Positions 39,324 through 53,224 of a stretch of 64,000 nt of DNA are shown piece by piece. Both the position numbers and the translations under genes were made by a program. The notes below the pieces were generated by a model that saw nothing but the letters and a program-made list of their open reading frames with translations, had not been told where the DNA came from and made no database searches. The first letter of the stretch is position 1, and each line of letters opens with the position of its first letter. The DNA comes from Lama glama (lineage: Eukaryota): positions 83,888,001-83,952,000 of the forward strand of contig CM052817.1 in the NCBI GenBank assembly GCA_028534125.1, written 5' to 3'.

Positions 39324-42294
39324 AAAGGAAATGCAAGTTCAAAATATAGATTGAATTGGGTTATAGGAAAAAAAGAACTTTTGTGTATTGTATTCTCGAG
39401 TACCTGGCTTGAATAGTACCTGCTCGAATTGTTGCAATGGGGCTGTGTTGAAGAAAGTTTTCATGTCCTTGTGAGGCATGTTTCAACAGGACTAAGAGCT
39501 TGCAGAGAGGGTGTCTGTCTGACTCTTTCCAACGAGTTATTTCTTGGCTGCTTCAACTCCTGGTGGATGCCCAGGTAAGAAATCCATTTTTAGAGCCCCC
39601 CAAACTTAGGCCCTGCTTTATATGAGGAGATATATAAAGAGTATAGCTTTTGAATAGCCTAGGGCCATAATTTATCTAAGGTCTAAATGTATAAATCTTT
39701 TGTGAAATTATCTCTTCTTTATGTGAAGTTCACAATACCTGAACTTGTTTCAGCAAGATACTAACACAACGTTGAAAATCAACTCTACTTCAATTATTAA
39801 AAAAAAAAGATAAGGCCTGGCCGAATGTAGCTATAAGGGAAGTCCTAGTGACTGCAGGGTTAATGTACATAAATTAAGCCAATTTAGAGGAAAATGTTGA
39901 ATGCCTTTATTTTAAATACCACATCCAGAATGAGATGGGGCAGGGTGGAGTTGCCATTTATAACATCCTCTGAAGAATCAATGCCAAAGGGTTTGGAGTT
40001 TACACACTCAGTACCTGTGATCTCACCAGGAAAGTAAAAGTCTCAGCTCCTAGGAATGAAGGCAGGGGAGGAATTCTTCATTTGAAAAATGCTATTTTGG
40101 CCCCTTTCCTCTCTTGGAGTTGCCCCTCTTCTGCCCCAAGAAATCAGGTCAGCCCTATCTTCCCCAGGATTCTCTGGGGATTCAGAACTGGTGTATGAAA
40201 TGGACTTGGATTCCCTAATCTGCTGCTGACATCCTTTCTGCCAACTGAGTTAGACAAATGTGAGCACTGCAAGGTGTGGTAAGCAAAGGAAGCCCTCATT
40301 TGCTAGGATGCCATTTTAACTTTTATCCCAGCACTTAGCTCTCACATTCCCAGCATCATTTGTAAAAATGAAAAGTTCATTGTCTTTGCTGGGCCCGCTT
40401 GAATGTTCTATCCTGTTCCTTTACTAGCTACATTTGGTTGAAGAGAGACCATTTATTTAGCCTTGGAATCTACTTGAAAACTCTCAACAGGACTCAGATT
40501 TCTGTTCTTTCTTATTTATAAGGCACAGTATTTGTTTGTCATTCTCTGAGCATCCTGGCAAGTGTGCTGACTGATGTTATTCTTTCAGAGTTGCAAACAG
40601 TGTTTTCCACCTGACCATGGCTTCATGCTGTCTCCCATGGGACCTGGTTAGGGAGGCTGTGTATATACTTCTTGAGAAGGCTGATTGTTGTGAAAACCTT
40701 TGCCACATAAACAGAAATAAGGCATTGGCTCTTTTCAGATAGTATTGCTAGCAACTTTTCTCTAATAACCTCTGGAACACAATTACGTCAGTTCAGACAT
40801 GTGGCTGGGAAGAAATATCAGCTCAAAGACCATCTGGTTAAGAGTGAGGAGTACTTACCAGCTTGGTGGATGGCAAAAATACAAAATGCCCCAGGAACAT
40901 TTGCCATGGTCCCCAATTCCTAAAGGATTCACAAGCTGACTAGTTCTGACCCAGTCTGATAAAGGTGGGTTTGCCCTAGAGGAAGATGGAGTGATCCTCC
41001 CTTGAGGTCTTATACCTTTTGGAGCACACTCATGGGCATTTACGTCTCTGGAGTTAACCTAAGGAGTAAGTGATGCTTTAGGACAAACCTAATTTAGCAA
41101 AAATCATTCATTCATTCATTCATTTGTTCATTAACATTTATGAGCAGACACTGTCCTACAGCTAGGGATACAATAATAGATTATATTCAACTTCTGCTCC
41201 TAAGAATTCATGCAATAGGGTGAGGATTTAGGAGAGGGAGGGAAGAGATACATACAAATACATGCTGATAATACAGAGCCCTTTCCCCCAACTTTTTAAA
41301 TTTTAATGTGAAATATACTTCGTCCTGCTGTGGCAAGAAAAGATGTCATGATTCATTTATTTAATCAGCAAACATTTGCCAAATGCCTGCTTTGTCCCAG
41401 GAGTCTACAAGGGAGTCTACTTAAAGAGCAGCCTGAAGGTAATGTTAGGAAGATCAAAGAAGCAGCCTGCCTCGTTTCCCTTTGCCCTTCTCTGTTGCCC
41501 TTTCACCCAGCGCTCTGGGGATGGACACTGACAGCATGAGATGAGGTGGCAGTACTTCCTAATCCTTTTTGGGTCTAAAGGAGGACATGCCCTCGAAAGG
41601 GAGTAAAAGAACAATGTAAACATCACCTTCAACCATACCAATCATTTGTCCCCCAGCCTTGCCTTTCTTTAAACATACATGCAGCTTCATTCAAGGCAGT
41701 GAGGCAGCAACTCAAGTTACTGGAAGAAGGCAGAAATAGGACAGCCAGAATATGGTAACTTTGCCAAATGACTGCTTGCATCTTTGGTGAGTCACTGTCT
41801 TTAGTAAATGCAAGACAAGCCTCAAAAATTGGAGGCTACCAAGGGTAGTAATGGGTATGACCCAGATAAGGCAGGGGCTTATCTCCTTCCCCATTTGATA
41901 CCCATTTGGTATCCAGACACTGCACAAATTTTTCCATAATTGTTTTCAGTTTATCAAGCACTCTCCCTCCCCTCAACCCACAATACATTAGTTCACTGAA
42001 TCATATAGAAAACAGAGAAAAACTATTTGGGTAAATGAAGATATTTCTTCTAGGTACTGAGGAATTGTTTGAAATCATTATATGGATAATGGGACTTGAA
42101 GTAGTTAAAAAAAAAAGTTAGATTTTATCTGGAATATTATGGAAATATTTCCAAAATACATGAATGGGTTAAGCAAATTTGCAAAATAACGTACATACAG
42201 TAGGATGCCATTTATGATTTTTTAAAAAAGAGGGGAGATGAAAATGATAATAGCTAACACTTTATACTGCTTCCTGTGTGCCAGACACTGTTCT

Positions 42295-43657
42295 TTCTTT
42301 TTTACTTTTGTTTGAATATAATTTATTTAATTGTAATTTTCTATAATTTCTTTTTTCTTTTTTTAAAAAACTTTTTTTATTGAGTTATAATCATTTTACA
42401 ATGTTGTGTCAAATTCCAGTGTAGAGCACAATTTTTCAGTTATATATGAACATACATTCATTGTCGCATTCTCTTTCGCTGTGAGCCACCACAAGATGCT
42501 ATATATATTTCCCTGTGCGACATAGTACAATCTTGTTTATCTATTCTACATTTTGAAATCCCAGTCCCTTCCCACCCACTGTCCCCCTGGCAACTACAAG
42601 TTTGTATTCTATGTCTATGAGTCTGTTTCTGTTTTGTATTTATGGGTTTTTTTTTTTTGTTCTGCATATGAGCAATCTCATATGGTATTTTTCTTTCTCT
42701 TTCTGGCTTACTTCACTTAGAATGACAGTCTCCAGTAACATCCATGTTGCTGCAAATGGCGTTGTATTGTCCGTTTTTATGGCTGAATAGTATTCCGTTG
42801 TATAAATATACCACCTCTTCTTTATCTAGTCATCTGTTGATGGCCATTTAGGCTGTTTCCATGTCTTAGCTATTGTAAATAGTGCTGCTGTGAACATTGG
42901 GGTGCAGGTGTCATTTTGAAGTAGGGTTCCTTCTGGATATATGCCCAAGAGTGGGATTCCTGGGTCATACAGTAAGTCTATTCCTAGTCTTTTGAGGAAT
43001 CTCCATACTGTTTTCCACAGTGGCTGCACCAAACTGCATTCCTACCAGCAGTGTAGGAGGGTCCCCTTTTCTCCACAGCCTCTCCAGCATTTGTCATTTG
43101 TGGACTTTTGAATGATGGCCATTCTGACTGATGTGAGGTGATACCTCATTGTAGTTTTGATTTGCATTTCTCTGATAATTAGTGATATTGAGCATTTTTT
43201 CATGTGTCTATTGATAATTTGTATTTCTTCCTTGGAGAATTGCTTGTTTAGGTATTTGGCCCATTTTTGGATTGGGTTCTTTGTTTTTTCTAATTAAGTC
43301 ATGTGAACTGCTTATATATTCTGGAGATCAAGCCTTTGTCAGTTTTGTTTGCAAAAATTTTCTCCCATTCCGTAGGTTGTCGTTTTGTTTTACTTATGGT
43401 TTCCTTTGCTGTGCGGAATCTTGTAAGTTTAATTAGGTCCCATTTGTTTATTCTTGCTTTTATTTCTATTGCTTGGGTAGACTGTCCTAGGAGAACATTT
43501 TTGAGATGTATGTCAGATAATGTTTTGCCTATATTTTCTTCTAGGAGGTTTATTATATCTTGTCTTATGTTTAAGTCTTTGATCCATTTTGAGTTTATTT
43601 TTGTGTATGGTGTAACGGAGTGTTCTAGCTTCACTGATTTACATGCTGCTGTCCAGT
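42295..43657 (-). mobile_element. Young 5'-truncated lineage-specific L1 inserted in a MIR
   Basis: Well-preserved ORF2 C-terminal ORFs (43299-43664, 42826-43032); exact 13-bp TSD CAGACACTGTTCT at 42282-42294 and 43658-43670. Confidence 0.93.
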
Positions 43658-44449
43658 CAGACACTGTTCTAAGTGCTTTCTGTAGATGAACTCATTTGAA
43701 CCTCAAAACATCCCCATGAATTGGGTACTATAATTATCCCCATATTACAGACTTGAAAACTGGACATAGAGAAGTTGAATGTCTTGCCTAAAGTTGCACA
43801 GCTAGAATTTAAACCCAGGCAGCTTGTCTACAGTTTCTGGAACTTAAGCTTTGCAATATTTCCACAAGTACAGCTATATTAATGTAAATGCTTACAAAAA
43901 AGATCAGAAGGATACACGCTAAACTGAAAATCATGGTTGTCTTTGGAGAGGAATCAGGAGTTGGAGTTAGGGCAGGATCAAACACTCTATTAGCTGCAAT
44001 GTTTGAGGGTTTTGTTTTCCCCTAAAGACAATGATTTCATGTTACTTTTGTTAAAAATGTTTTTAAAAATCAATCTTTGGGTTAAGGGAAGTGATTTTAA
44101 ATAAAATTACTAGATTATGCTCTTCTCTTAAATTTCACATTGACTTTGGTCTTCAAGAGAAGGATTAATTTTCTTCATCTTTCCTCTTTGTCAGTCTCAT
44201 GACCTCTGATGACATCTTACTTCAAAGATTAGATAAAAAGCTATTTCAGATTTTATCTGGAAACAATGGGAGGCATATTGGTAAAAGTATTATATTTCAT
44301 GGCTAAAATGTCTTTCAGAGTTAAGAAACTGAAGCCCAGGTAGCCATATAAGATCAAGTATAAAGTATTGAACTAAATCAAGAAGGGATTTGTTATTTAA
44401 TTACAAAAATGAACTTTTAAGTCTCACATGTACTATTAGAAAATAGTTG

Positions 44450-44990
44450 TGTATTAGAGTTCTCCAGAAAAATAGATCAATAGGAGATACAGATAGATAG
44501 ATGGAGATATATCTAAATCTTTGAACATAGAGCTAAATCTATATATAGATATCTCCATCTCTCTATCTATAATGAGAGAATGATTAATTTTAAGGAATTT
44601 GCTTACATAATTGTGAGGCTGGTAAACCTGAAATGTATAGGGCTGACCCGCTGAAAATTCAGGTAAGAGTTGATGTGCAATCTTAAATCCAAAAATCTAT
44701 GAGACAAATCAGTGGGTTGAAAACTCAGGCAAACATTTCTATGTTGTAGACTTGGTGCAGAATTGCTTCCTTTTTTGGGAAACAGTTTTAACTCTTAAGA
44801 TCTTCAACTAATAGGATGACCTCCATCCCCCACTCCCACCTCCATTATGGTTATCTGTTTTACTTAAAGTCAACTGGTTGTAAATGTTACTCACATACAC
44901 AAATACCTTCACAGCAACATCTAGACTAATGTTTAGCCAAACAATTGGGCACCATAGACGAGCCATGTTGACACATAGTTAACTATCATG
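44450..44990 (-). mobile_element. MLT2-type ERVL solo LTR
   Basis: TGTATTAGAGTTCTCCAGA...GTTGACACATAGTTAACTATCA; near 5-bp TSD AGTTG/AGTTA. Confidence 0.85.
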
Positions 44991-45722
44991 AGTTAAGTCT
45001 AATTTAAACTAAATTCTGACTGCTCAAGAATACATGTTAGAAATATGTCAGTCTGATTTTTTTCATTTATGATGAATGAAGTTCTAATTTACTTCAAGAG
45101 ATTCTCATTTGAGGAAAATCTTAGAGCAGTGCATTTGCAATATATTTAGCCATTCTAATCACCAGTTTTGCTTAACACAAATTGGATTGTGAGATGATTC
45201 TGAATTATTTCATGGCAGTTGAAATAAGGTTTACTAAAACAATGCACACAAATCTGTGACACTAAAGAGCAAACACACTGATGAACTCATTGCATTGCCG
45301 TAATCTTGCATTTTCAGTTTTGCTCCTAAGGACAGTTAACTTATACAAATGTGCATACTGTTCTATAGTAAAGGTGGTCAGTAATGAAGTGTTTTTTAAA
45401 TTTAATATAATCAGTTTTGTCTGTGACATCTCATCTACAACTTACACAAATGATTAACCAAGTTGTGCAAGTGATTTCAGGGTAACCTCCACCCAAATCT
45501 AGATTCTAAATAAATTATGAGTTGGGCATGTAAGGATATTAATAAATGTGGATCCTGAACTTTAGTATTGCATTGATGCTCTGTTATCAAACACATCAAT
45601 ACTTTGTTACTGATAAACTGAGGTAAAGCTAGTAATCATTGTTCAGATTTAGAACTATCAGTTTAATTAACAAAAGGTTATTCAGATTGTTAACTTTAAA
45701 TAAGAAGAAAACTACATACCAC

Positions 45723-46342
45723 TGATGCAGGAAAACAGATGTGGGGCTGTGTCCCAGGTCTCGGTTGAGCCTCTGGGATGTGCCCCGCCAAGTGTGGGTC
45801 CTTGGCTTTGCACAGGAAAGAATTCAAGAGCAAGCCACAGTTGAGTAAAGGTGGATTTATTCGGAGAGATACATTGAAAGGCAAGAGAAAGGCCACGAGG
45901 TGTGGGGGTTGGGTGCTCAGATTAAAAGTAGGTACACACTCCATACACAGAGTGTGGGCCGTCTCAGAAGAGGGAGAGACAGGGTCAGCTAAGAGGTACC
46001 GTGTTGCTGGTTTTTATGGGCTTGGTGGCTTCATGTGCTAATAAGTGGAAGCACCAGTCTAAGTAGCCTGGGGAAGGGGCTGGGATTCCCAGGAAATTGG
46101 CCATTTCCCACTCTTTGACCTTTTGTGGCTAGCCTTGGGGCTGCCATGGCACCTGTGGGCGTGTTATTCACCATGTTAATATAGTACAGTGGGCCTATGA
46201 TGAAGCTCAGGATCTACCAGAAGTTAAATCTCATCATCCTGAGCCTCAAGGCCTACTGGGGGTTGAATCTTTCACCATTTTGATGTCAATTGCTGTGGCA
46301 TTCCTTGAATGGCTGTGCCCTGCCCCCTTCTATCCTGTCTCA
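45723..46342 (-). mobile_element. Relatively young ERV1-type solo LTR (620 bp)
   Basis: TG...CA ends; exact 4-bp TSD CCAC; AATAAA on - at 45856-45861 with a TATA-like CATAAAAA about 150 bp upstream. Confidence 0.85.
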
Positions 46343-49123
46343 CCACCTAGAAAGATACTTAAAATATTTCTCTACCACTGCAAAGTAGAGGAAGGAAGGA
46401 ATAATGTGTAGTCTGTCATGGAGTTGGTGGCCTTTATCTTATTTCCTGCCTCTGAGGTAGGTATTATTAGTCTCTCTCTGCAACTGAGGAAAATTAGGAT
46501 CATAGAAATTCAGAAACTTGCTCAAGGTCACCAGAAAGCCTCAGACCCCGTTCAAGGCCTCAACTTGTTCCACCACAGACATAGCTGAAACAGAAGGAAT
46601 TAAAATGCTTGCTCCTGCATTTCTTACATGAAAAAGGTTATTTATTCCTATCTTATCTTACTTTGTCTTCTTTAGCACAGTTGTAAGGACAAAGGTCTTC
46701 CCGCCTACAAATAAGGCATTTCTTTCCAGGCAAGTGCCACAAGAGGGGCTGTTCGTTATGCTTTTATTACATTGCAGTTTGTCATTGGTAAGATCGAATT
46801 TAAACTTGCTTCTCACCTTAACTTGCCTTTTTCTAAATTACCGCTGGAGTAGGCTAGGAACTGAAATTAGTGCCTCTGATGGGAGTGGTAGGCCAGGGGG
46901 CCATAGTGAAAGGGAGCAAAGGATTCCCTGGGTAGGATTTCAAAGGCACTGATGAGTGTTTTCAGTTGTAAGGAAAAGAATTGGGCGTCTTCTCCTTTCC
47001 TCCATTTCCCTTTGGTTACCTCTTTGATGAAGCCTGTAAGCAGTTGTTGCTGCAGAACAGCTTTGATTAGTTAGGCACTCAGGTCAAGGTTGCACTCTGT
47101 TGTTTATGCTTTCATCCAGTTGTGAAGACAAATCTGTATTTTGCTGTCATATAGCATTGCTAGATATAAATCAGACTGCATGGTTCTATCCTTGAATTGT
47201 ATCCATCAACTGAAAGGGTGCTAGAAATCATCTAGTTCAGTGGTTTCCCCACATTTTTCTTTACAGCACAAAAACCTCTTGAAACTCTTACTTGCAAGCC
47301 CACAAATAAAACCAAGAAGAGGTGCTGCCCTGATAAATTCCTAGGCTCTCTACTCAGTTCTTAACATTACTTTGGAGCCCTGTTTAAAATGTATTGCCAT
47401 TAGTCTTCCCTCTCATTTTATGAACTTACGTAACAAAAAGTTTTGAGCAAATACTGTTTAGCACTGAACTAAATTTGGGAAACTGGGCCTAAAATATGGG
47501 TATGCTCTGGTCCCTGGCTTATCAAGGGAGACAGATGATTATAACACAACATAGTAAATACAGAATCACCTGTGTTAATATGGTTGCATGGAATTGGGGT
47601 TGCCTAATTCAGTCTGGAGGCATTGAGTCTGAACCTGAGTCTCTAAGACTGAGCAAATTAGCTAGCAGGGTAGTTAACTTGGGAAGGTGTGGGGAAGAGT
47701 ATAATATAGAATGAAGAATGGAGTGGGCAAATATCTAGGGTGGTTCTGGGAGTTACAAGTGGTTTTATGCAGCAGGTAGTGCCGTGGGAACTGATGAAGA
47801 GGGCCTAAACCTTGTCTTGAAACAGGGAGCAGGGAAATTCTGAAGGTCTTTAAGTAGGGAAACAAAGAAGTCAAATTTGTTTCAGATTGCCAACAGGGAC
47901 CATGAACCGATGGAGGTAGGAAGACAAGTCAGGAGAGTCTACAGCAGTGGCTCTCTGAGCGAGAACATGAGTCATCACTAACAATGCTATGTAGCAAAGA
48001 AATATGCAAATGTTTACCAGTCTCGTTACACCAAACTTCACAATTTGGTTTAGCTGGGATATAGTAAGTACGCAGATATAATAAGACAGAAAAATCTCTT
48101 GAGAATAAACCAGTGTTCACAGCACCTCAAGTGCTCTCTTGAGTGGAGTGATCACCGGCAGACCAAATGTTGTTACTAGTGATGGTAGAACAAATGCAAA
48201 GTCTGACTTACATGTGTGAGAAAGTACAGGCTTTTCTGACATTGCCTGGGAGTGATGAGTCTTGCCTACTAACAGTAAAGAGAAGTTGGGTGGGCCTTAC
48301 TTGAACTTTCTTTCCACAACAAATAGATCATAATCTGTGATTAGTACCATCTACCAAATTGATAGCTGACCTTAATGGAACATACACACTCAGAAGCAAT
48401 CTTTGAGCATTTGCTACTTTTAATTCATTAGAGGAAAAGAATCATCACATTTATGTTTATTTCCGCTATGCCCAAAGCAATTTATACATTTTATATATTC
48501 TGTATTATAGTAGTACCAGCTTACTCGAATCCATAAAAGCACTGTAAGGCTATATACACTGTGTTAACGTGAAAGTGGCATCTTTATCTAGCAATGTGCT
48601 GCACATCTCAGTTACCAAGAGGTAAATGGACTTGGGTGAGGAGAGTCTGATTTATGTCAAGTTTTCTAGAGAACAGTTTTCTCCAGTACTAGTTCAATAT
48701 ATTAACTTTAGCTTTCCGGGTTGTGGATAGAGGTAGGTAAGGTGTCAGATTCTGCATATTTAAAAAAAGGCAGGCAGAATGACTATCAGGAAAACATAAA
48801 CAGCCTTAGCACCAGTCAAGGTTTTAAAAACTTGATCTATAACCTGAATGGGTTCGCTTCCTAATGGAGACACTGGCTGGTACACACAGTATAGACTTTA
48901 TTTGGGAAACATATGCCAACTTGGAGATGTTATCAAAAGAAAAAAACCTGAAAATAGAATTTCATTATTTAAAAAAATCGCATATTAATTTTATGTGAAA
49001 TCTCCTGATTTTTAACTCAGAAATGCTATGGAAATTTTGGGAATGATACAAAACCAAATACAGGGAATCAGACCGAAGTTATCTAAGGTTAAGGTCCATT
49101 TCAAGTAGATGACAAAGACAATA

Positions 49124-49338
49124 CAGTTGACCTCCCCACCCCGCACATCATTTGGGGGCTTAGAGATGCTGATCTCTGCTGAATGAAATTCCCCTTTTGG
49201 CCCTCCGGATCTGCAGTTCCACATCTGCAGATTTAACCAAGTGTGGATCGTGAAGTACTGCAGTACTTGTTTATTGAAGAAAACCTGCATGTAAGTGGCC
49301 CCACACAGTGCAAACCCTTGTTGTTCAAGGGTCAATTG
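49124..49338 (-). mobile_element. MER8-like Tigger2 MITE
   Basis: TA-CAGTTGACC...TTGTTCAAGGGTCAATTG; homologous to 16436-16668 in reverse orientation. Confidence 0.8.
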
Positions 49339-49664
49339 TGTAACATGAAAAGATTGTTGTGGTGTTTCTCAAAGGACCCAATCATAAGAATTACCCAAGG
49401 CACTTCTTACAAATAGTCTGAGATCCATTCTCTTTCAATTCTGGCTCAGTGGGTGGTAGCTTTGGACTGGCAACCAAAAAATTTGTATTTAAAGCACCTC
49501 AAGTGGTTCTAACAATCAGGCAAGTTAGGGAAATTGTGATTAAAGGGGAAAACAACAGCAAAAATGCCACCACAGCTCCCATCCCCTTACTCAGTGACTG
49601 CCCATCAACTTACCTGAGAATGACAACACTCAACTGAAACTGAGGAATTGTCCATAGAACACTG

Positions 49665-49670
49665 TTTATT
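49665..49670 (-). terminator. Candidate distal PGRMC2 poly(A) signal
   Basis: AATAAA on - about 2.05 kb past the stop, at the end of unique UTR-like sequence just before repeats resume. Confidence 0.5.
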
Positions 49671-50556
49671 TCAAGTCCAAAACACAAAATTACTCATTTT
49701 TTTTAAACAGATTCCATAATTTTTACGCATGAATATTTAGGGTTTCTCTATTCACAAGTGTAGGTTTTCTTAACTTTAGGCTCAAATGATTCATATATAT
49801 ACCAGCTTACTACAGAGGACATGTACTTTAACAAATCTGTTTAGAAAACATTTTACATAAAAACACACAAAGCATTTACCAACATTCTTCAGTCGTTCCA
49901 ACCAGTCTTCAGCAAAGATTTGGCTGAAGGTCATCATTTTCTACCAAACATTCCAAGACTGAATATAACAGAATGTAGTATTTTACATACTTTAGCTTAT
50001 TATTGCAGTTAAAAGTTCCTCTTTCTTTGATGGCTTCTACATATATTATACTCATAAAGCAGAATTCTTTAACTGGTGACTTATTAAATAAGTTGTCTTT
50101 TTTGGTGTAACTTGTCCCCAACTGAGAACCTAAATAGTCATGATGAACTCAAATAATGGACATATATTGGGCTTTTAGTAAGGGCTTTTCCAAACAATAG
50201 AAGAATTTAATACCTAACAGTATAAGACCTTCATTGTTTTGTGTTCAATAACTACACCTGGAGTGCTATTACTGCTAGTATAATCAGTTGGCATCAAAAT
50301 ATAAAGTAAAAATATGTACATTTTAATATATCAATTCTTACCTGAATAATCTCAGATCTCTTGAGAACATTCCACAAAGTGGAATTTCTTCCTAAAGTTA
50401 CAGTGAATGTGGTACAATGTGTACAACTTGGTTAACCAGTGTCTGCCTTTCATTTCCAAGATTCTTCCTTATCTTGAATCAAATGCACAATCTTGATCAT
50501 TTCATAATCCACTGGCTTACAGTTTGTATATAAAGTTCAACTCAAGCTTATTTTGG

Positions 50557-50576
50557 TTTATTGTACATGCTTTATT
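50557..50576 (-). terminator. PGRMC2 proximal poly(A) signals (tandem AATAAA)
   Basis: TTTATT on + at 50557-50562 and 50571-50576 with a TGTA motif between them; about 1.15 kb past the stop codon. Confidence 0.7.
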
Positions 50577-51717
50577 AAAATGGTATGGGTATTTACAGTA
50601 TCTGCAGAGTCCCTTCCAAGGCGCTTTCACACACTCAGACACACCCATACAACATCCATACTCCAGCCCCCTGTACCCACACCAGTGAGATGTGAGAGTC
50701 AGACTCCCAAAATTAGGCAGCTGTTGGGGGACAGAGTTGTTGATTTGTTTTTCAATTTTCTTTGAAAAGAGAAAAGCATGGGGGAATGCATTTGGCCATT
50801 ACAATGCTAATTAAGTTTGTGTGTATTAACATATATGGCAGTAACACTGAATATTCCTTTTACATTCTATATACACAGAATGACATCAAGGTTTTGCAGT
50901 CAACAGAATATTCCAACTTCAGTCTCATTGCTGCTTGTAGTGACTTCTCAATTCACACAGGGGCTTTCCCTAAAAATAATTCAAGTCTATGTAAGTGAAA
51001 TAAGGCACAATTAACATTGATTTGATCCAGGGGAAGGAAAGGGCTAAAAACTAGTTTCAATCTTACGGTTGGAGAATTAGCTTTCACTTAAATCCACTTG
51101 AAATCCCTTCTCCTAATTTCCAAAGATTTCTTAGAAATAGGGTTTCTTTTTTTTTTTTTTCTTTTAATCCTTCTTTTCCCTGATAAAACCCAAAAAGAAA
51201 AGTCTGGGAATTCACATTACAATATTTCAGTAGCCCTAAGTACTCAAATTGATGTGGACCCCCAACTCTGCGGGCCAGGTATTCTCCCTCCTTCATTGCT
51301 AAAACAAAACCACAGCACATGAAATAGGAATCCCTTACTGTTTTTTGAGATTTGTACACGTAAGTAGCAAATACATATCAATTTGTCTTCAATTAAAAAA
51401 AAAAGGAAAGAAAGAAAAAAGAGAGAAAAGGAAAGAGTAATCTCGTCACTTTCTTGCTCTTTAAAAATTCCCTGTCTCCTCCTTTTCAGGATGAAGAAGC
51501 CCCACCAGACATTACAAACAACTGCAACAAATGAGTTTGGCAGCATAAATAATGTCTCGTATTTGAATCTTCATAGTGAGACTCATTTAGCTTGCACAGA
51601 CAATCTGTTGAATGTTTTTTTGCAGCAGGTGAACCAAACCCAAAGATGCTCGACATTCTGTGAGAGGGAGTAAGAATTGCAGTTCTGAAGGCCCCTGACT
51701 TTGGTTGTTTACAAAGT

Positions 51718-51815
51718 TCAATCCTGTTTATTGTGATCCTTGGTATCCTCTTCATCTGTATATTCTGATGGTTCTTCCCCTGGTTTTAGGAGTCTGCCTA
51801 CATAATCATATTTTT
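51718..51815 (-). CDS. PGRMC2: PGRMC2 exon 3 CDS (EKYDYVGRLLKPGEEPSEYTDEEDTKDHNKQD*)
   Basis: Manually translated. TTTCAG acceptor, TGA stop. 418+156+98=672 nt = 223 aa plus stop. Confidence 0.98.
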
Positions 51816-53140
51816 CTGAAAGATACATCAATACAAAATCAGTAGTGATCAAATTTATTTCACTATTTCATTATACAGCAAGGAAGGTGTTTGCCTCTTT
51901 TAGAATCATACAGAACAAGCCAAGTTTTTCCTATTGTTTACCTTGTCTGGTCTTTGTACTCAAGTAAGGCTTGAACAGAAGAAAACAGGATCAGGGAACT
52001 TATAAAGCTTGGGAATTGTGCTTTGCAGAAGAGTGTTCCATATCAAGGATAGTTCTTAATCAAGGATACTGCATCAGAATCCCTTGAAGATCTTTTTTAA
52101 AAATATGCATGTCCAGGATCCATCGTGGAGCCACCCATTCCAGGCTCTTGGAACAGGTTTGGGGACATGTACTCTGAAACTGGTTTAATGTGCACTGTGA
52201 GTCTCAGAATAGTTCTTTAAATCTTAATAGCCCAACGTATTGTAATTAAAGAAACAAGCAGGCAATATATGGAATTTCCAACAGTTATTTGAAATCTATA
52301 AATATACTGGATTTTGTATACGACTCTAGTTTGGACTAGAGAGGACCATAAAACAGAAAATGGTGACTTTCTTGGGACAGAGGAAGTGGGGAGAAGAGTA
52401 CATGGGGTGAAAAATCACATGGAAAGTGGATCCAACCAAGAAATATTCTTGGGGAGAAAATGTGACATATGTGAGTGGTCACCAAGAAAACAAACCAAAT
52501 GAGGAGATGAAAATTAATTTACTTATTACCCTGTGTTCTTTGAGATCTCAGTGAGTGGCCCCTAGTACATTCTTGTTCTTTCTCCCATCAAACTCTCTCC
52601 TCAGATCTCTGTTACATTGCTTGTTTTATGTTACTAGGTGTTTAATTTAGAACATTGTTATGTCCAAGGTGACATGCCCAAGGCTGAGTCATTTCCTTAT
52701 CAAGAATTTGAACCTAGGTTAAATGAGTCAATTGAAAAACCAAGGGGATGAGATAGGAGGACTGCTTCATACAGCAGAACCAGTCTAAGAAAGTGCCAAG
52801 AAGCCAGAACTGTTCAAAGGGATCCACAGTCATATAAATAGTTGTCCAGAGTGTCACAGAGGTAGTAATATGTGATGTCACAAGGATATATAATAAAGGG
52901 GAATGACATTTTTTTCTTTATAGTTTGAAGGTACGATCAATAAAATCATTTTGGAATAAACTAAAATTATAGTATCAATATCAGTAATCAATTCAGTTTT
53001 AACTATAAGCCTATGTTTTAAAAAGTATACCTTAGTGAACAAACCTTGTAAGACTAAAGGTGTCATAATTTTTGTAAATTTTAGATTCAATATTTAAATA
53101 TGGATTTTATAAATAATAATCACATGTAACAATCATCGAA

Positions 53141-53224
53141 TAATGATGGGGATTAAAATAGGTGGTATCATTAGGCTCTTAGTAATGATGGGGATTAAAA
53201 CAGAAGGTATCATTAGGCTCTTAA
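53141..53224. repeat. 42-bp tandem duplication in PGRMC2 intron 2
   Basis: Units at 53141-53182 and 53183-53224, 38/42 identical. Confidence 0.95.

Noticed and set aside
53141..53224. CRISPR-like repeat array
   Set aside because: Only two adjacent units, no spacers, mammalian intron.
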